Below are positions 31,831 to 32,000 of a stretch of DNA of 32,000 bases, piece by piece (the stretch's first letter is position 1; every line of letters starts with the position of its first letter). The stretch comes from Telmatocola sphagniphila (GTDB taxonomy: Bacteria; Planctomycetota; Planctomycetia; Gemmatales; Gemmataceae), in assembly GCF_018398935.1 (NCBI RefSeq), contig NZ_CP074694.1, positions 1,980,001-2,012,000 of the forward strand, given 5' to 3'. The position numbers and the translations under genes are program-made. The notes under the pieces were generated by a model, which made no database searches, had not been told where the DNA came from, and saw only the letters and a list, made by a program, of their open reading frames with translations.

Positions 31831-32000
31831 ACGACGTGCCCCGATGGGCAGCGGACTTCGATCATCGTCGGGGACGGCTTTGTTGAATCGGAAGCGGTGG
31901 GAACTTCCGTGATCGGAACGAACGCGGGAGACGCCTCGGCCCCCCGACGCTTGAGTTCCCGTTGCCAGTAATAATAGGCCGCCTCGCTGATTCGATGCCG
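31800..32000 (-). CDS. tnpA: IS66 Orf1 (TnpA) fragment; runs off the window and is cut at its 3' end
   Basis: The minus frame is open from nt 32000: RHRISEAAYYYWQRELKRRGAEASPAFVPITEV...MIEVRCPSGHVVTV, collinear with 9329..9658 up to ...TV (about nt 31824). It then diverges (RRFNRDH*) where the ISAs1-like fragment begins. Confidence 0.7.
   Translation of the reverse strand, partial: RHRISEAAYYYWQRELKRRGAEASPAFVPITEVPTASDSTKPSPTMIEVRCPSGHVVTVRRFNRDH

Overview
This 32-kb window is an accessory segment crowded with insertion sequences. It most plausibly comes from a Planctomycetota chromosome. That is an inference from gene content only: ECF-sigma plus membrane Ser/Thr-kinase-TPR gene pairs, and a giant T/S/G/N-rich exoprotein with an N-terminal LEDR-type motif and DUF4214-like repeats. 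Layout: 1-651, the tail of a DDE transposase abutting the severed C-terminus of a kinase/TPR gene. 810-6291, an ECF sigma gene plus its kinase, with the kinase split by a 1,749-bp single-ORF IS66-family element flanked by a 9-bp direct repeat. 6.3-9.25 kb, a low-GC island of small membrane and lipoprotein ORFs. 9.25-10.85 kb, a 3'-truncated three-ORF IS66 (tnpA-tnpB-tnpC'). 11454-12839, a PrsW-type intramembrane protease. 12826-13288, an intergenic array of a GGTGGCACTGG motif. 13406-13927, a small immunity-like ORF. 14146-16058, a compact group II intron with RT/maturase, followed by a degenerate second intron 3' end. 16341-16619, a primase-type zinc-finger ORF. 16877-18173, an ISAs1-family IS. 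18416-27280, a 2,954-aa protein ending in a trypsin-fold protease. 27406-30654, an intact ECF sigma plus kinase-TPR pair on the same strand, directly upstream of the giant gene. 30.7-32 kb, ISL3/ISAs1/IS66 debris. I saw no rRNA, tRNA or CRISPR. The best candidates for something new are the sigma/kinase/giant-protease gene string, the unassigned repeat modules inside the giant protein, and the motif array at 12.8-13.3 kb. All family calls are by-eye motif recognition; no searches were run.
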